Source of the DNA: Macrostomum hystrix
Lineage: Eukaryota; Animalia; Platyhelminthes
Length of the DNA: 64,000 nucleotides
NCBI GenBank assembly: GCA_950097015.1
Contig: CATNEN010000034.1
Coordinates: forward strand, 4,650,001-4,714,000
Direction of reading: 5' to 3'
Part shown: positions 46,621-59,745 of the stretch, one piece after another
Numbering within the stretch: position 1 is the stretch's first letter
Layout: every line of letters begins with the position of its first letter
The notes under the pieces: generated by a model
The model's input: the letters and a program-made list of their open reading frames with translations, nothing else
What the model was told of the DNA's origin: nothing
Databases searched by the model: none
Program-made: the position numbers and the translations under genes

Positions 46621-49039
46621 TTCTTTTATCTCTAGCTGAAACGCAGATCTGCAATTAACGCGGTTTCCAGCCATTGCTTTGAACAATTCCTGTCTAACTA
46701 CCTGCCCGTCTTTGTCTAGCTTGCTGTAAATCAGCCTTTTCATTCTTTGTGGCATTATGAAGGTACATTGTGATGGCCTTCCGAAATTTTAAATGAATAT
46801 TCTATAGCTGTTATTTGTATTTTGTTTTAACTGATTGCATTAATAACACTGAGCAACTGTCTTGCGATAATGCAAGTGTGTCTCTTCGAAGCAATGTGTT
46901 AAATTTATTATTTATTATATTGAGGCACTACAAAGCTATTATCCACCCTTTATTAACGAACCCAATATGTGTCCATTGTGTCCCTTTTAATTTAAATTCT
47001 GATTCTTTCAGTTCAGGTATTGTTTCTGTACGCATTGTCTCCTGTCTGATTCCACGAGTAAGATAGGCTCTACTATATGATTATTATTTACTATTAGTAG
47101 TGCTATTATAATCTGTCTATTCGCTTTCTAAACTTGTACATAGGCTTATTTTGTCTAGTATTCTATATATTCTGGTATTGAATCATTCAGAAAGAAAATA
47201 ACTTATTTAGATGGGCACCCGTTCATTCGTAAGCTTGATGGGTCATTTGTAAGATCAATTGTTCATTTTTGTAGGTCGATTGATCATATTCAGATGACAA
47301 TGACTCATTAAGGAAATCAGTGACTCATTTTTATTGTTATTATTCAGAAGCTTGATGACCCACTTAGAAGGGTAATGACCCAATAACCCTCCCAAGCACT
47401 AAACGGTCTTTCTATTGTTGCCGACCAGCCAATTGTTTTTTAAAGTGCATGCGCACTTTTGCATATAGGCAGGCACCCACAGTAGCAACGGCCAGTTGGC
47501 GAAAATTTCGGCCTCTAAACCCAAATCGCTTTGCGTGTCGTCTGTCCTCTCCTCTCTTTCGATTATAATTTTTTTTTATCATTTTAGTTCCGTGCTGTGT
47601 GACCGTATTGCAATAATTTGATGAAATTCTACTAACTTTTATTCTCCGTGTTTTCCAACTTTCTTTGCGACCTTAAACTTGCTATTATATATATTCAGCT
47701 ACTATATATGCTTTTCACTAACTATTACTGATTATATAGAACTTGTGTGTTGCAGTTTCGTGTCCGTGCTCCGCTTTTTAATTAACGTCACTAAAAACCC
47801 TCACACAGGGCCTCTCTGCATTGTGCATCCAATTTTTGTTTATTAAAACAAATTACAAGTATAAATATACCGGAAGAGGAATTCTAAATTACTATTGAGC
47901 GGTCAGTGTCGCTTTTGTCACACTCACAGACACACACGCCTATTTATGCCATCTGGAAAAAGCGGTCTATTGTGAAAGTAAACATCTTATTGAGTATAAA
48001 AGAAAAGCACGCATATTGTTAAAAAACTGAAAATGTGAGTCTGCTTAGCCTATTCCTCCTTTTTTCTTCTAGTTTTGTTTACTTCTTAGATGAATGTTGC
48101 TTCACTACACTACTTAATGTTAGTAGTGTTGCTATCGAAATTGCTGCCACGTGACAGAAATCGCATGATCATGTGACAGTTGAAAAATTATTGCGAACAT
48201 GGAGAAGCATGCTAGTGTTGATCTTATCTCGACGCTTGGTATTAATAGTGCAATGTAATTGCCCCTCAGATAGTAAACTTGGCAAATACCAGCTGTTCAA
48301 AGTAATTATTTTTAGCTTATATGAGTTAAACACGTTACCATACTGTTATTTTCACTCCAATATTTTTTAGCCTTGGCTAAAGCGTGTTTACTTAATGACT
48401 TAATGCTGGAACTTGCAGCTTTGCGACTGTACTAGGTGAGCGGGAGTATATCTGCCCGTGTCTTTCATGTCTATTAGGACTAGGAAGTCGGTCAGGGCTT
48501 GGCTGGTCAATAAATAATTAATGAAATGCTGAAAATCGAAATCCAATTTAAACTTCAAAGAAGTCGGTTGTGAGTAATTAACATCATACATCGGTTGTAC
48601 GATACGGCGGGAAATATCCTGTTATTTTACGCCCTATTGAAACTTTTAGAGCAACAGGCATTTTGGCTTGCAATAGATAAAGTATTCCAATAGGCCGTTT
48701 TTTATAAGCAAGCTACTTGTAATATAATATATTCAATATAATCCTAGACATATAGGAAAACGTCTCTGGTAAATTTTTCTGTCTGCGAAATTGAACTATC
48801 TGTGTTTGTTGGCGCACTTTAAAGTACATATTCATCAAGAAAGAACATTTGTTCAGTCCGTAGTTTACTTACTTACTAGCACTTTTAAATTTACTAGGAT
48901 GACCGTATCATTAATTGACTTAAATATAGGTGAATCTGTGTTTGAGATGAAAAAATTGATTGGTTAAGTAAATTGTGTCAGAGACCGGATTCCTACTCTA
49001 CATACATCGAAATAACGAGTGAGTAACTTGAACTTGGTC

Positions 49040-50185
49040 ATGGGGATCATGGTCAACTTGGGGATCATTGTCAACTGGGTGATCATCATCAACTGGGGGA
49101 TCATCATCAACTGGGGGATCTTTGTCAACTGGGGGATCATTGTCAACTGTGGGATCATTGTCAACTGGGGGATCATTGTCAACTGGGGGATCATTGTCAA
49201 CTGGTGGATCGTTGTCAACTGGGGGTTCATTGTCAACTGGGTGATCATCATCAACTGGGGGATCATTGTCAACTGGGGGAACATTGTCAACTGGAGGAAC
49301 ATTGTTAACTGGGGATCATCATCAATGGGGAGTCATCATCAACTGGGGGATCATTGTGAACTGGAGGATCTTTGTCAACTGGGGGATCATTGTCAACTGG
49401 GAGATCATCATCAACGGGGGGATCATCATCAACTGGGGGATCATTGTCAACTGTGGGATCATCATCAACTGGGGGATCATTGTCAACTGTGGGATCATTG
49501 TCAACGGGCGGGATCATTGTCAACTGGGGGATCATCATCAACTGGGGGATCATTGTCAACTGGGGGATTATTGTCAACTGGGGAATCATCATCAAATGGG
49601 GGATCATGGTCAACTTGGGGATCATTGTCAACTGGGTGATCATCATCAACTGGGGGATCATCATCAACTGGGGGATCTTTGTCAACTGGGGGATCATTGT
49701 CAACTGTGGGATCATTGTCAACTGGGGGATCATTGTCAACTGGAGGAACATTGTTAACTGGGGATCATCATCAATGGGGAGACATCATCAACTGGGGGAT
49801 CATTGTGAACTGGAGGATCTTTGTCAACTGGGGGATCATTGTCAACTGGGGGATCATTGTCAACTGGGGGATCATCATCAACTGGGGGATCATTGTCAAC
49901 TGGGGGATCATTGTCAACTGGGGGTTCATTGTCAACTGGCGGGATCATTGTCAACTGGGAGATCATCATCAACGGGGGGATCATCATCAACTGGGGGATC
50001 ATTGTCAACTGTGGGATCATTGTCAACTGGGGGATCATTGTCAACTGGGGGATCATTGTCAACTAGGGGTTCATTGTCAACTGGGGGATCATTGTCAACT
50101 GGGGGATCACTTGTCAACTGGGGGATCATCATCAACTGGGAGATCATCATCAACGGGGGGATCATTGTCAACTGGGGGTTCATTG
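49040..50185. repeat. 18-bp minisatellite, about 63 copies
   Basis: Unit gatcattgtcaactgggg. Confidence 0.95.
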
Positions 50186-52202
50186 TAGCTTTAAAAAGCT
50201 GTAAATTCAGTTGCTAAAAAGTATATACTAGACGAATTAAAAGTATTTCTGCTCCCCAAAGGGGGGCAAAACTTGCTAGTTGAGTTACTATATTTAATCC
50301 CTCGATAGCAGCTTTTGGGTTATCTCTATATTATTTTTCTATATTGGTGGTGACAATGTACTCGTAATTTAGAATGTTAACATTTTAGATTAGACATTTA
50401 GTATAAGTAGATGTACTCGAACAATAACTACAGCAGTGTCTTCCAATATGTGTTTGTATGTACTTTTTGCGCACCGTCCTTTAACAAGCCATCTCGCGGC
50501 TTTATTGATCTTATTTCGCTTAGGCTAGGCTAGGATCTGTGATCGCGATGTGAACTTTAATCTCACCTATCTAAGGTTAGATTTTTTGTTACACAGCGCA
50601 TTGTGTCCCTTGAAATCTTATAATGAAATTTTCTGACTGCATTTGTTTATTTGAATTAACTAGGCTATGGAAGAAAACATATTTAGTACATTGTTTTTTA
50701 TTACTATCCTGTACACAATATACTACTTACTAAGTTTTATCTGCGTGCGTTTGTGAATTATAAAGTTTACATTCAGCTGTAGTTTGTATTTGATAGGCTA
50801 TAGGCGATTATATTTGTCATTATGTGTGTCATTCGCTCATACTCCAATAGAATATACACCATTTATTAACATCAAGTACAGCCACTTAGCATTGTCACCT
50901 TCGCATTAAAGCCATAATTAGCACCAGATTAGCCCGCAATTGTCCGGTTTATGACAGAATACAGTCCTAAATTAACGGGCTATAATTGATTGCGTCTCGT
51001 GACTCTCACCTATTGGTCTGTGTGTATTTCATTAAAGCAATTAATTCGTGAGAATGCCAGTGTGGAATGAGTAGATTGTAATTCGCGAAAAGTACCTTTC
51101 TATGAAAATGATATGAAGTATCGCATAATTATATGGAATTTCTCAGTATAAAAATACTCTTGTGAACTTTCAAAAGACTGCCTACATAATCAAATTGTTA
51201 TGATATGCTGCTACAACAAATAAAAATGAAATTTCAATTCTGCCCTCTAATTAGCATCTTTTACCTTAGCTTTCGACCTTTAAATTCTTATTATTCAATT
51301 TTAAGATTCTAATTTTGTCCTTCATTTGTACTTATAAATATAATTTAGTAGTGGTTGAGTAGGTTTTTTTCATTTAATGTCAGTCAGCAGTCAGATAATT
51401 TTGTAATGCAATTGTAATGATTTTGAATTCTAGAAAGTTCTTTAAGTTTACTTGCAGTGCAGATTCAGCAACCCCCTCCGCGGCAGCGCCCCTCCTCAAA
51501 ATGAGTGCTAGTTTAGAATTTCGTTTAATACAAGTGTAAGAGTCCAGACAGGCAGACTAGACTATGGTTTTTAGGGGACAAAAAATGAGAAAAAAACTAA
51601 GCCATGTGAAAGGTGACATCGCAGGCAGTTTAGGGTTGGGCTTCGTATTTTCCTTCCCCTTATTTTCTATCTTTGGAAAATGCGAAGAGTCAAGAGACTT
51701 GTGGACTCGTGTAGGACTGGCCTCTATTTCTGAAGGCACCCGCCTCATCCTACGCCGGCTTGCTTGTGCCAGCCAATGGAGGCGAATGGCACAGCCATTG
51801 CTCCGGTTTAAAGTTCATTTGGCCCTAATTCAGTGCAAGGGTATAAAATATTTTTCGTCTTCTCTCTCCCCCCCTTGGGTGCACCAACCCCAAACACTGC
51901 GAATTTCAGCCAACCCAAAGTCTCCGCTCTTTCGTCACACAAAATAAGTGCGCGTCCTCTATACACCCGCCTCAACCTCCCCAATCCGGGCAAGGAAAAG
52001 AAAAACTTGTTTTCCAGCCCAATGCGAGGATATATATAGCAGCAGAAAGCGGCAAAGTCAAGCGCATCGTTAACAAATTACTCAAGTCTGTGAAAACAAG
52101 CCGATAGCTAAATAGGACTATTCTGCTATCGCTAAATTCCTGCGGCAATAAAAAGTAGAATTTTTGCCACGAAATCAACTTTTACAGAACTACAAAACAG
52201 TG

Positions 52203-53576
52203 ATGATGGTCTACGGACATCCTGCATCAGCGGCTGACAGAGCGTTCTTCTTGCAAAAGTAAGAAATCATTAAATATGCATTCTACAACAATGCATTAAG
52301 TTTATAAATATTTAAGTTAACAATGAATCCTTTTAGACTTCTTAAAAAATACCTCGAATGTTTTATTCTGCCAACGTCTATATCGGTTATCCCTTATCGG
52401 TTATTAGTCTTATGTTTTCCCGAAAATTCCAAAGTTCAATTGTCCTTTTATTCACTCTAGTAGAGTCTAGTCAGTTTCTTGGACTATCCTAACACGATTT
52501 GCTGTGCTTTATTCTTTCTTGGTCTAAGGGTTGAAGAGAACAGAGGGTGGGTGGTCTTTGTTTTGCTGTTTTCTCACGAGCCCCGCCAGTCCCCGTTGGC
52601 TGTACACCCTCCCCAGTCCCCCATAGAACTTGGGGCACCAACCCCGCACACATTGTGTCATGTGTTTACAGGCCCAGTTAGACTGGGGGTGGGGGACTAC
52701 AGCCAACCCCAAGCGCCACACGACTTGGACCTTCTGCCCTGCACAATAATAAGGACACCCCAGGGCCCAAAACAAAGTATAACTAATGTCCCAAAAGTCG
52801 GCTTCCAGTGCACCCACCCCAATTCCAGTCTGGACTCTGGCTCTGGGGCTCTTCAGGACCTTCATATATAGCTAGGGATTTCCTGTCCTTTGCTCTACTT
52901 TTACTCCACCAAAAGTATCAATGACGACAGTCGAGCCTCATTGTACCCAGTCTGGGAAACCTTAAAAGAGGTGGTTAACCAACAGGCGCGAAACAAAGCA
53001 GAAATGTCCCCAGACAGTCCCCTACCAGCCTCTAATTGCTTGGCCAGCCAAGTGCAACAGCTCGGCTCTTCTATCTTCAGCTTTCTGTCGTCGGTGAAGC
53101 ACCAGTCTGACGAGGCCTCGCCGACGCCGCCCCAGTTTCACGTCGGCGGCTTTGTTGGACCCTTTAACGGTCTGATTCATCCGGTGCCCGAGCCTCTAAT
53201 GGCGGCCACTGCTGCTAGTGCAACCATGACCGCGCAGCCGCAGGCGTCAATTTCTACGAATAATGGCGGCGGTGGCGGCAGCGGCTTTCTGTACAATCTG
53301 CTCACAGCTCGCGATGCTTCGGCAATTCAGCAGCGCAGCGCCTTCCACGGCGGCGGCAGTGGCGGTGGCGGCGGCAGCGGCAGCGGCGTCGGCGCTGGGA
53401 CATCCTCACGTGCCGGCAGCTCAGCGGCCTCAATGCCTGCATTCGCATCAGCAGCAGGGCCTGGAATCTCGGCCGCCATCTCGCTAGCCGACTTTCCGCG
53501 CCGCTCGAATTCTATGGGCAATCCGAGTATGAGGCGCGGCAGCGCGCACCTACTGCCGCCACCGAGCCAGCTGCTT

Positions 53577-53621
<45 letters not shown>

Positions 53622-55561
53622 CCTCACCACAATCATCAACCGCAGTCCCAGGCCTCCAGCACCAGACCTTCATCAGTGCCCCGCGGCCTGCATGCCGTCG
53701 CAGCAGTCGCCGGCGCACCCTACTGCGGCATGTCGCCGTCGACATCTTCGCCAAGCGCCTGCGGGTTTAGCTCCTCAGAGGAGCCGTTGGACCTCAGCAG
53801 CAGCATGCGAGCCATGGCGGCGCACGAGCATCAGCTGGCGATGATGGCAGCCGCTGACGCTGACAGCAGCATGGGCTCGCCACCGGAGCAGCAGCCGATG
53901 CTGCGTACCATCCTCAGCCAGGCCGCCCACCGGTTCCAGGCGCAACAGCAGCCGGTTCAGCTGGCCAAGAAGAATGTCATGGTGGCGCAGTCGCATGTCT
54001 CCGATTGGCTGCGGAAAGGCTCCGAGCTGGTGCAGACTAACGCTGCCCTGTTTGGCGCGCTGGATCGCGGCGCCCAGGCAGCCCTGCTGTGCCGAGCTTG
54101 GCCCAGCATCATCCAGCTGTACATGCTGGAGAACAGCTTCCATTTCGCCGTGACACCGTGCTCCATAGACTCCGCCGACGATCAGGTGAATCGAGTCAGC
54201 CGGCTGCCAACTAAGAAGTTCGCCGAAGATCTTCAGCGGCTGATCACTGCTGCCTCGGCCATCCCGTTTGACAACATGACCTACAACCTGCTACGCCTTG
54301 CTGCCATATTCAAGCGTGAGTTGCACTGCTTTGAATTTCTCCCTGGAAAATCCCAAACAACATCTATGGGATGCGATCCCGATGCGCAATTAGGACAGTA
54401 GGGGACAGTTGTGTCACAATGAATCATTTGCCGTATATCACCCCAGCTCAGTCTATCCCCTTGATTGCGCTTTAGTCACCCCTTCTCGTCTACCCCTGCC
54501 GACCCGCAAGGCAATGCCCAAATGCCTGGTTCATCATGTTTATTAGGAATGCGCGCTATTGCCATTGCTAACGGCCCTGTGTTGTTATGCGCCGGAATGC
54601 ACTCAAGTGCTTACGCATTGGCGCAGTCACTCACTCACTCACTCACGTGTCTCAGTGCCCCCACCCATCCTCCCTTCTTTTCCTATCTCTTTTCTCCCGC
54701 TTTTCTGGCCTTGGTTGCTTTTTTCTCTTCTCTCCTTGTAATTTCTCTCTCTCTGATAGCCAATTGCACTTTTTGGGACCCCCGGACCCCCCACTCAATC
54801 TACGCCCAATTTTGGGCCCGCCAGCTCCCGAACCAACCCTCTCCGCTGCTTAGTCACCGCGTGTAGCAACCTTCTTCCTTCGTTCTGTCCCCCCTCTCTC
54901 CCACACGGGGGGGGCAGCGCACCCGGGCTGACTCACCATCTGGCAGGCAGTAGAGGACGGGAGAACGGGGCGCTGCTGGGGTGGGGCCAACTTGACCGCC
55001 GCGTGAACTTGCTTCGGACTTTATTCTCGCGGCCGGAACGGCACATCCGTGGGCCTAATGTGATTTCTGCTTGTCTCGATTTCCCTCACTGGAAACTATT
55101 TTTGGGAGCTAAAATAAGCTAAACGGAATGCCATTTCTCGCCCAATTCAGGCATGCGGGACCACTTTCGGGAATTTGATCACTGGTGCTGGTTAACTAAT
55201 TCCTCTATGCACTATTTCTATTCGTCACCGGAACTGTCCCGGCATTCGTTTTTTGGGTCAGAAAGTGAATTAGTCAGTGGTCCAGTGATGACTCAATTCA
55301 GGTCAACAAATAAATTGCTTTTCCCCCTTCATTTCAGCCGAATCTGTGCATGAGGTCCACCTGCAGGAGGTCCAGGAGGAGATCATGAAGCACGTCATGC
55401 GCCACCTGGAGATGAAGGGCATGGCCAAGCACGCGAAGGATGCTGTGGCCGTGCTTCACGCTGTGTCAGCAACAGACAAGGAGATGCTGGAGAATCTCTT
55501 CTGTCGCCACCTGCTCAGCCTGTCTGTTGACGAGTTTATCAAAGGCAAACTCGGCTGTTGA
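52203..55561 (+). CDS. Nuclear receptor with LBD but no DNA-binding domain, NR0B (DAX-1/SHP)-like, about 559 aa; exons 52188/52203-52258 (tentative), 52916-54315, 55338-55561
   Basis: The LBD region PMLRTILS..QPVQL..LVQTNAALFGALDRGAQAALLCRAWPSIIQLYMLENSFHFAV..RLPT..LQRLI..YNLLRLAAIFKP|E..LENLFCRHLLSLSVDEFI parallels SHP ([51 protein letters not shown]). No C4 zinc finger is present in the ORF, and none was found between TRIP12 and this gene. Junction 54315|55338 is GT-AG and in frame. Confidence 0.75.
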
Positions 55562-55623
55562 TAGAAATCAACTCTGCTCAATTCAGTGTCTACCTTCATT
55601 CACTGACTTCCTCCATGTCCTTC

Positions 55624-55936
55624 CTCACCCCTCCTGACACATCCTGACCCTCCTGAAACACCCCGACCCTCCGGACACACTCTGACCCCTACTGACACAT
55701 TCTGACCCTCCTGACACATCGTGAAACATATCCTGACCCCTCCTGACACATCCTGACCCCTCCTGACACACCCCGACCTTCCTGACACACCCCGACCCTC
55801 CTGACACATTCTAACACCTCCTGAACACTCTGACCCCTACTGACACATCGTGAAACTCATCCTGACCCCTCCTGACACATCCTGCCCCCTCCTGACACAT
55901 CCTGACCCCTCCTGACACATCCTGACCCCTCCTGAC
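55624..55936. repeat. About 20-bp minisatellite just after the receptor stop codon
   Basis: Unit cctcctgacacatcctgacc. Confidence 0.9.
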
Positions 55937-57269
55937 AACTTTGTGAACAACCCAGTGACCTCTCTGATCCTCTTCTAATGATCATTCCTATCGTTTTCCC
56001 TCGGCAGGTCTGCTTTCCCACTCCGACCTGTTTCCTCCAGACAATTTTGCTAAGCGCAGTTGCTTTGTATTGTAATCTTTGTCCAGTCTGCTTGACTTGT
56101 AGTTTAAAATTCTGTATAAAAAATAACGCTGTTTATTTCCTTCTTTACTTTATTGCAAATGCCAGGATAAAAATCTGAGTTTTGCTTTTTTGAATGCTGA
56201 AAATGGCACTCGAGTTTTTACAAATTAACTTTCCGATGTAGTTTCTTGCCCGGTAAAACAAGTATTTGTTCTATTAATCCTTGTTCCATATTCAACAGAA
56301 GAAACGACACAAACATTTCTGGTTGAATTGCAGCTCATCATCTATATTTTTTCTTCAGTTTCTGTCAGTGAACCCAGTGTTGGATTCGCTGCCAAGTCTT
56401 GCAATTGTGCTTTGTCGATAAATTATTATTTTTTGTTGTCATCAACAGTTGTTGATTTCTAATGCTATTTTATTCTCTTCTCGGTTCATTCAGTCGTAAG
56501 TAAAGACACCCCTGACTCCCAGGTGATTTCGCTCATCCATGTTTTGTTCTCTTTGTCTTATTTCTTAACCGGAATTTGAATCCCCAATTATAGTTAACGA
56601 ATTCCTGTACTCCTGTATTTACCTGCAGTATATACTAGATCATTTGGCGGGACTGTGACTTTAATTTAGGATTGCATTTCCCTAAACGTAATCTGGCATG
56701 TGTTTAACATATTGCTGATTGTCTATAGAAACACGCATGCATACACCGCTGCAGCTTGCTATTGCCTGTACATAAAACCGCTTTTTATTCTGTTATTCAA
56801 GTCGGGCATTAGATCCCTAAACCCAAATCAATGTTGTCGTTTTTTGTTTAATTATCGACTTTGAGAATTTCCCTTTCGCTCTCGTTTGCTTTTTTGTCGC
56901 TTATTCCCTATCGAACGCACCTTTGCCTTTTAAAGCCATTGTCACATCCGTAACACAAATTAATATGTACTCATTTGGACTGTCTTTAGAAGCGTTGTCT
57001 GTTGATCCATTTTTTCTATTATTGTCTCTAGTTTGTGTTGTTGCAGTGCTTCAGTGCAAAGTAGTTTTATTAATTAACATATTCTTGTGCATAACTCGTG
57101 TTTACAAAACACCTTAGCGATCTGTTGTCATCCATTCAATGATTTGTGTTCATGCTGTTTTGTAGCTGTGTTTTTATGTTCCCATTGCGTCTGTGTCCTG
57201 TTGTACTTTTTTCAAAATACAATTTTTGACAATTGTCTAGAAATGAATTTCTGTCAAAGACTTAATTTT

Positions 57270-58600
57270 ATTTTCTGGGTTCACAATGGATTTCTGGGTT
57301 CACAATGGATTTCTGGGTTCACAATGGATTTCTGGGTTCACAATGGATTTCTGGGTTCACAATGGATTTCTGGGTTCACAATGGATTTCTGGGCTCACAA
57401 TGGATTTCTGGGTTCACAATGGATTTCTGGGTTCACAATGGATTTCTGGGTTCACAATGGATTTCTGGGTTCACAATGGATTTCTGGGTTCACAATGGAT
57501 TTCTGGGTTCACAATGGATTTCTGGGTTCACAATGGATTTCTGGGTTCACAATGGATTTCTGGGTTCACAATGGATTTCTGGGTTCACAATGGATTTCTG
57601 GGTTCACAATGGATTTCTGGGTTCACAATGGATTTCTGGGCTCACAATGGATTTCTGGGTTCACAATGGATTTCTGGGCTCACAATGGATTTCTGGGTTC
57701 ACAATGGATTTCTGGGTTCACAATGGATTTCTGGGTTCACAATGGACCTCACAATGGATTTCTGGGTTCACAATGGACCTCACAATGGATTTCTGGGTTC
57801 ACAATGGACCTCACAATGGATTTCTGGGTTCACAATGGACCTCACAATGGATTTCTGGGTTCACAATGGACCTCACAATGGATTTCTGGGTTCACAATGG
57901 ACCTCACAATGGATTTCTGGGTTCACAATGGACCTCACAATGGATTTCTGGGTTCACAATGGATTTCTGGGTTCACAATGGATTTCTGGGTTCACAATGG
58001 ACCTCACAATGGATTTCTGGGTTCACAATGGACCTCACAATGAATTTCTGGGCTCACAATGGATTTCTGGGTTCACATTGGATTTCTGGGTTCACAATGG
58101 ACCCAGGGTGTTAGATTTCTGTTCTCTGAGGTTCACAATGGACCAAGGGTGTTAGATATCTGTTCTCTGAGGTTCACAATGGTCCCAGGGTGTTAGATTT
58201 CGGGTCACTCAGGTTTGCAATGGATGTAGGGTGTTAGATTTCTTATCTCTGATGCTCACAATGGACCCAGGGTGTTAGATTTCTGTTCTCTGAGGTTCAC
58301 AATGGACCCAGGGTGTTAGATTTTTGTTCTCTGAGGCTCACAATGGACCCAGGGTGTTAGATTTCTGTTCTCTGAGGTTCACAGTGGTCCCAGGGTGTTA
58401 GATTTCTGTTCTCTGAGGTTCACAATGGTCCCAGGGTGTTAGATTTCTGTTCTCTGAGGTTCAAAATGGACCCAGGGTGTTAGATTTTTGTTCTCTGAGG
58501 CTCACAATGGACCCAGGGTGCTAGATTTCTGTTCTCTGATGTTCAAAATGGACCCAGGGTGTTAGATTTCTGTTCTCTGAGGTTCACAATGGACCCAGGT
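57270..58600. repeat. Compound minisatellite: 19-bp, then 31-bp, then 41-bp units
   Basis: gggttcacaatggatttct; the same plus cacaatggacct; gggtgttagatttctgttctctgaggttcacaatggaccca. Confidence 0.95.
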
Positions 58601-59299
58601 TACAATATTTATTAGTTAACGATTACTTTTTACGACTTTTTTATGCTAAAATTTCTCAGCTGAAAGTCTACGATTAGAATTTCGAAATGTGAGCCTGTCT
58701 TTCGCATTGCAATGGCTGCACTACCTATTCTTTGGAGCACGTAGCACAGTAAAAAGCAGCAGAAAGAATTTAGGTGCTTTGTGTTATTTTCGTTTTGATT
58801 CATTCTTTTTGTTACGGAGTGAATGCAATGGTCCAGGTCTAGCCTACAGTTTGATGTAAAGTATATTAGACTCTGAATGGATGCTAATAAAAGCTTATAC
58901 TATTAGATAATATACGATTATACGTCGTATACTGCTTGCTATCTTACGAGTTTTAATGTAGTGCAGCCCAACCGACGCACCCCACAATAATCTGGTTCGA
59001 GCATACCTAACCTTTTCTTTATTCTTTTGCACCCAAGAAAACATTTTTTGCAATCTGCACAACTTTACAAGAAATATTTATTGTGTAAAGGCTTATTTAC
59101 ACTGCCCGAAAACTACTGGTTTTTTGTGTACATCTGTGAGATGTATATGTGAAAAGCAATAAAAAATTATTTTGAGTACAATCCTGTGCTCAGGGCAGTG
59201 TGAGTCTTTAGTCTCTGAACTCCCACACTTAAAAATCCCAAAACTGTGCCACAGCCCACAGTCAAGCTATGCGCCTGTCAAGCTTAGTTCCATTTTATC

Positions 59300-59745
59300 C
59301 CTCACCCATCTCTGTATCCCTCACCCATATCATTATCCCTCACCCATCTCTGTATCCCTCACCCATCTCTGTATCCCTCACCCATCTCATTATCCCTCAC
59401 CCATCTCTGTATCCCTCACCCATCTCTGTATCCCTCACCCATCTCATTATCCCTCACCCATCTCTGTATCCCTCACCCATCTCTGTATCCCTCACCCATC
59501 TCATTATCCCTCACCCATCTCTGTATCCCTCACCCATCTCTGTATCCCTCACCCATCTCTGTATCCCTCACCCATCTCTGTATCCCTCACCCATCTCATT
59601 ATCCCTCACCCATCTCTGTATCCCTCACCCATCTCTGTATCCCTCACCCATCTCTGTATCCCTCACCCATCTCTGTATCCCTCACCCATCTCTGTATCCC
59701 TCACCCATCTCATTATCCCTCACCCATCTAATTATCCCTCACCTG
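59300..59745. repeat. 19-bp minisatellite
   Basis: Unit atccctcacccatctc(tgt/att). Confidence 0.95.

Noticed and set aside
46950-47000. CVHC as a possible first zinc finger of a receptor DBD
   Set aside because: No second CxxC at the proper spacing and no CEGCKxFF-like P-box; AT-rich non-coding context.
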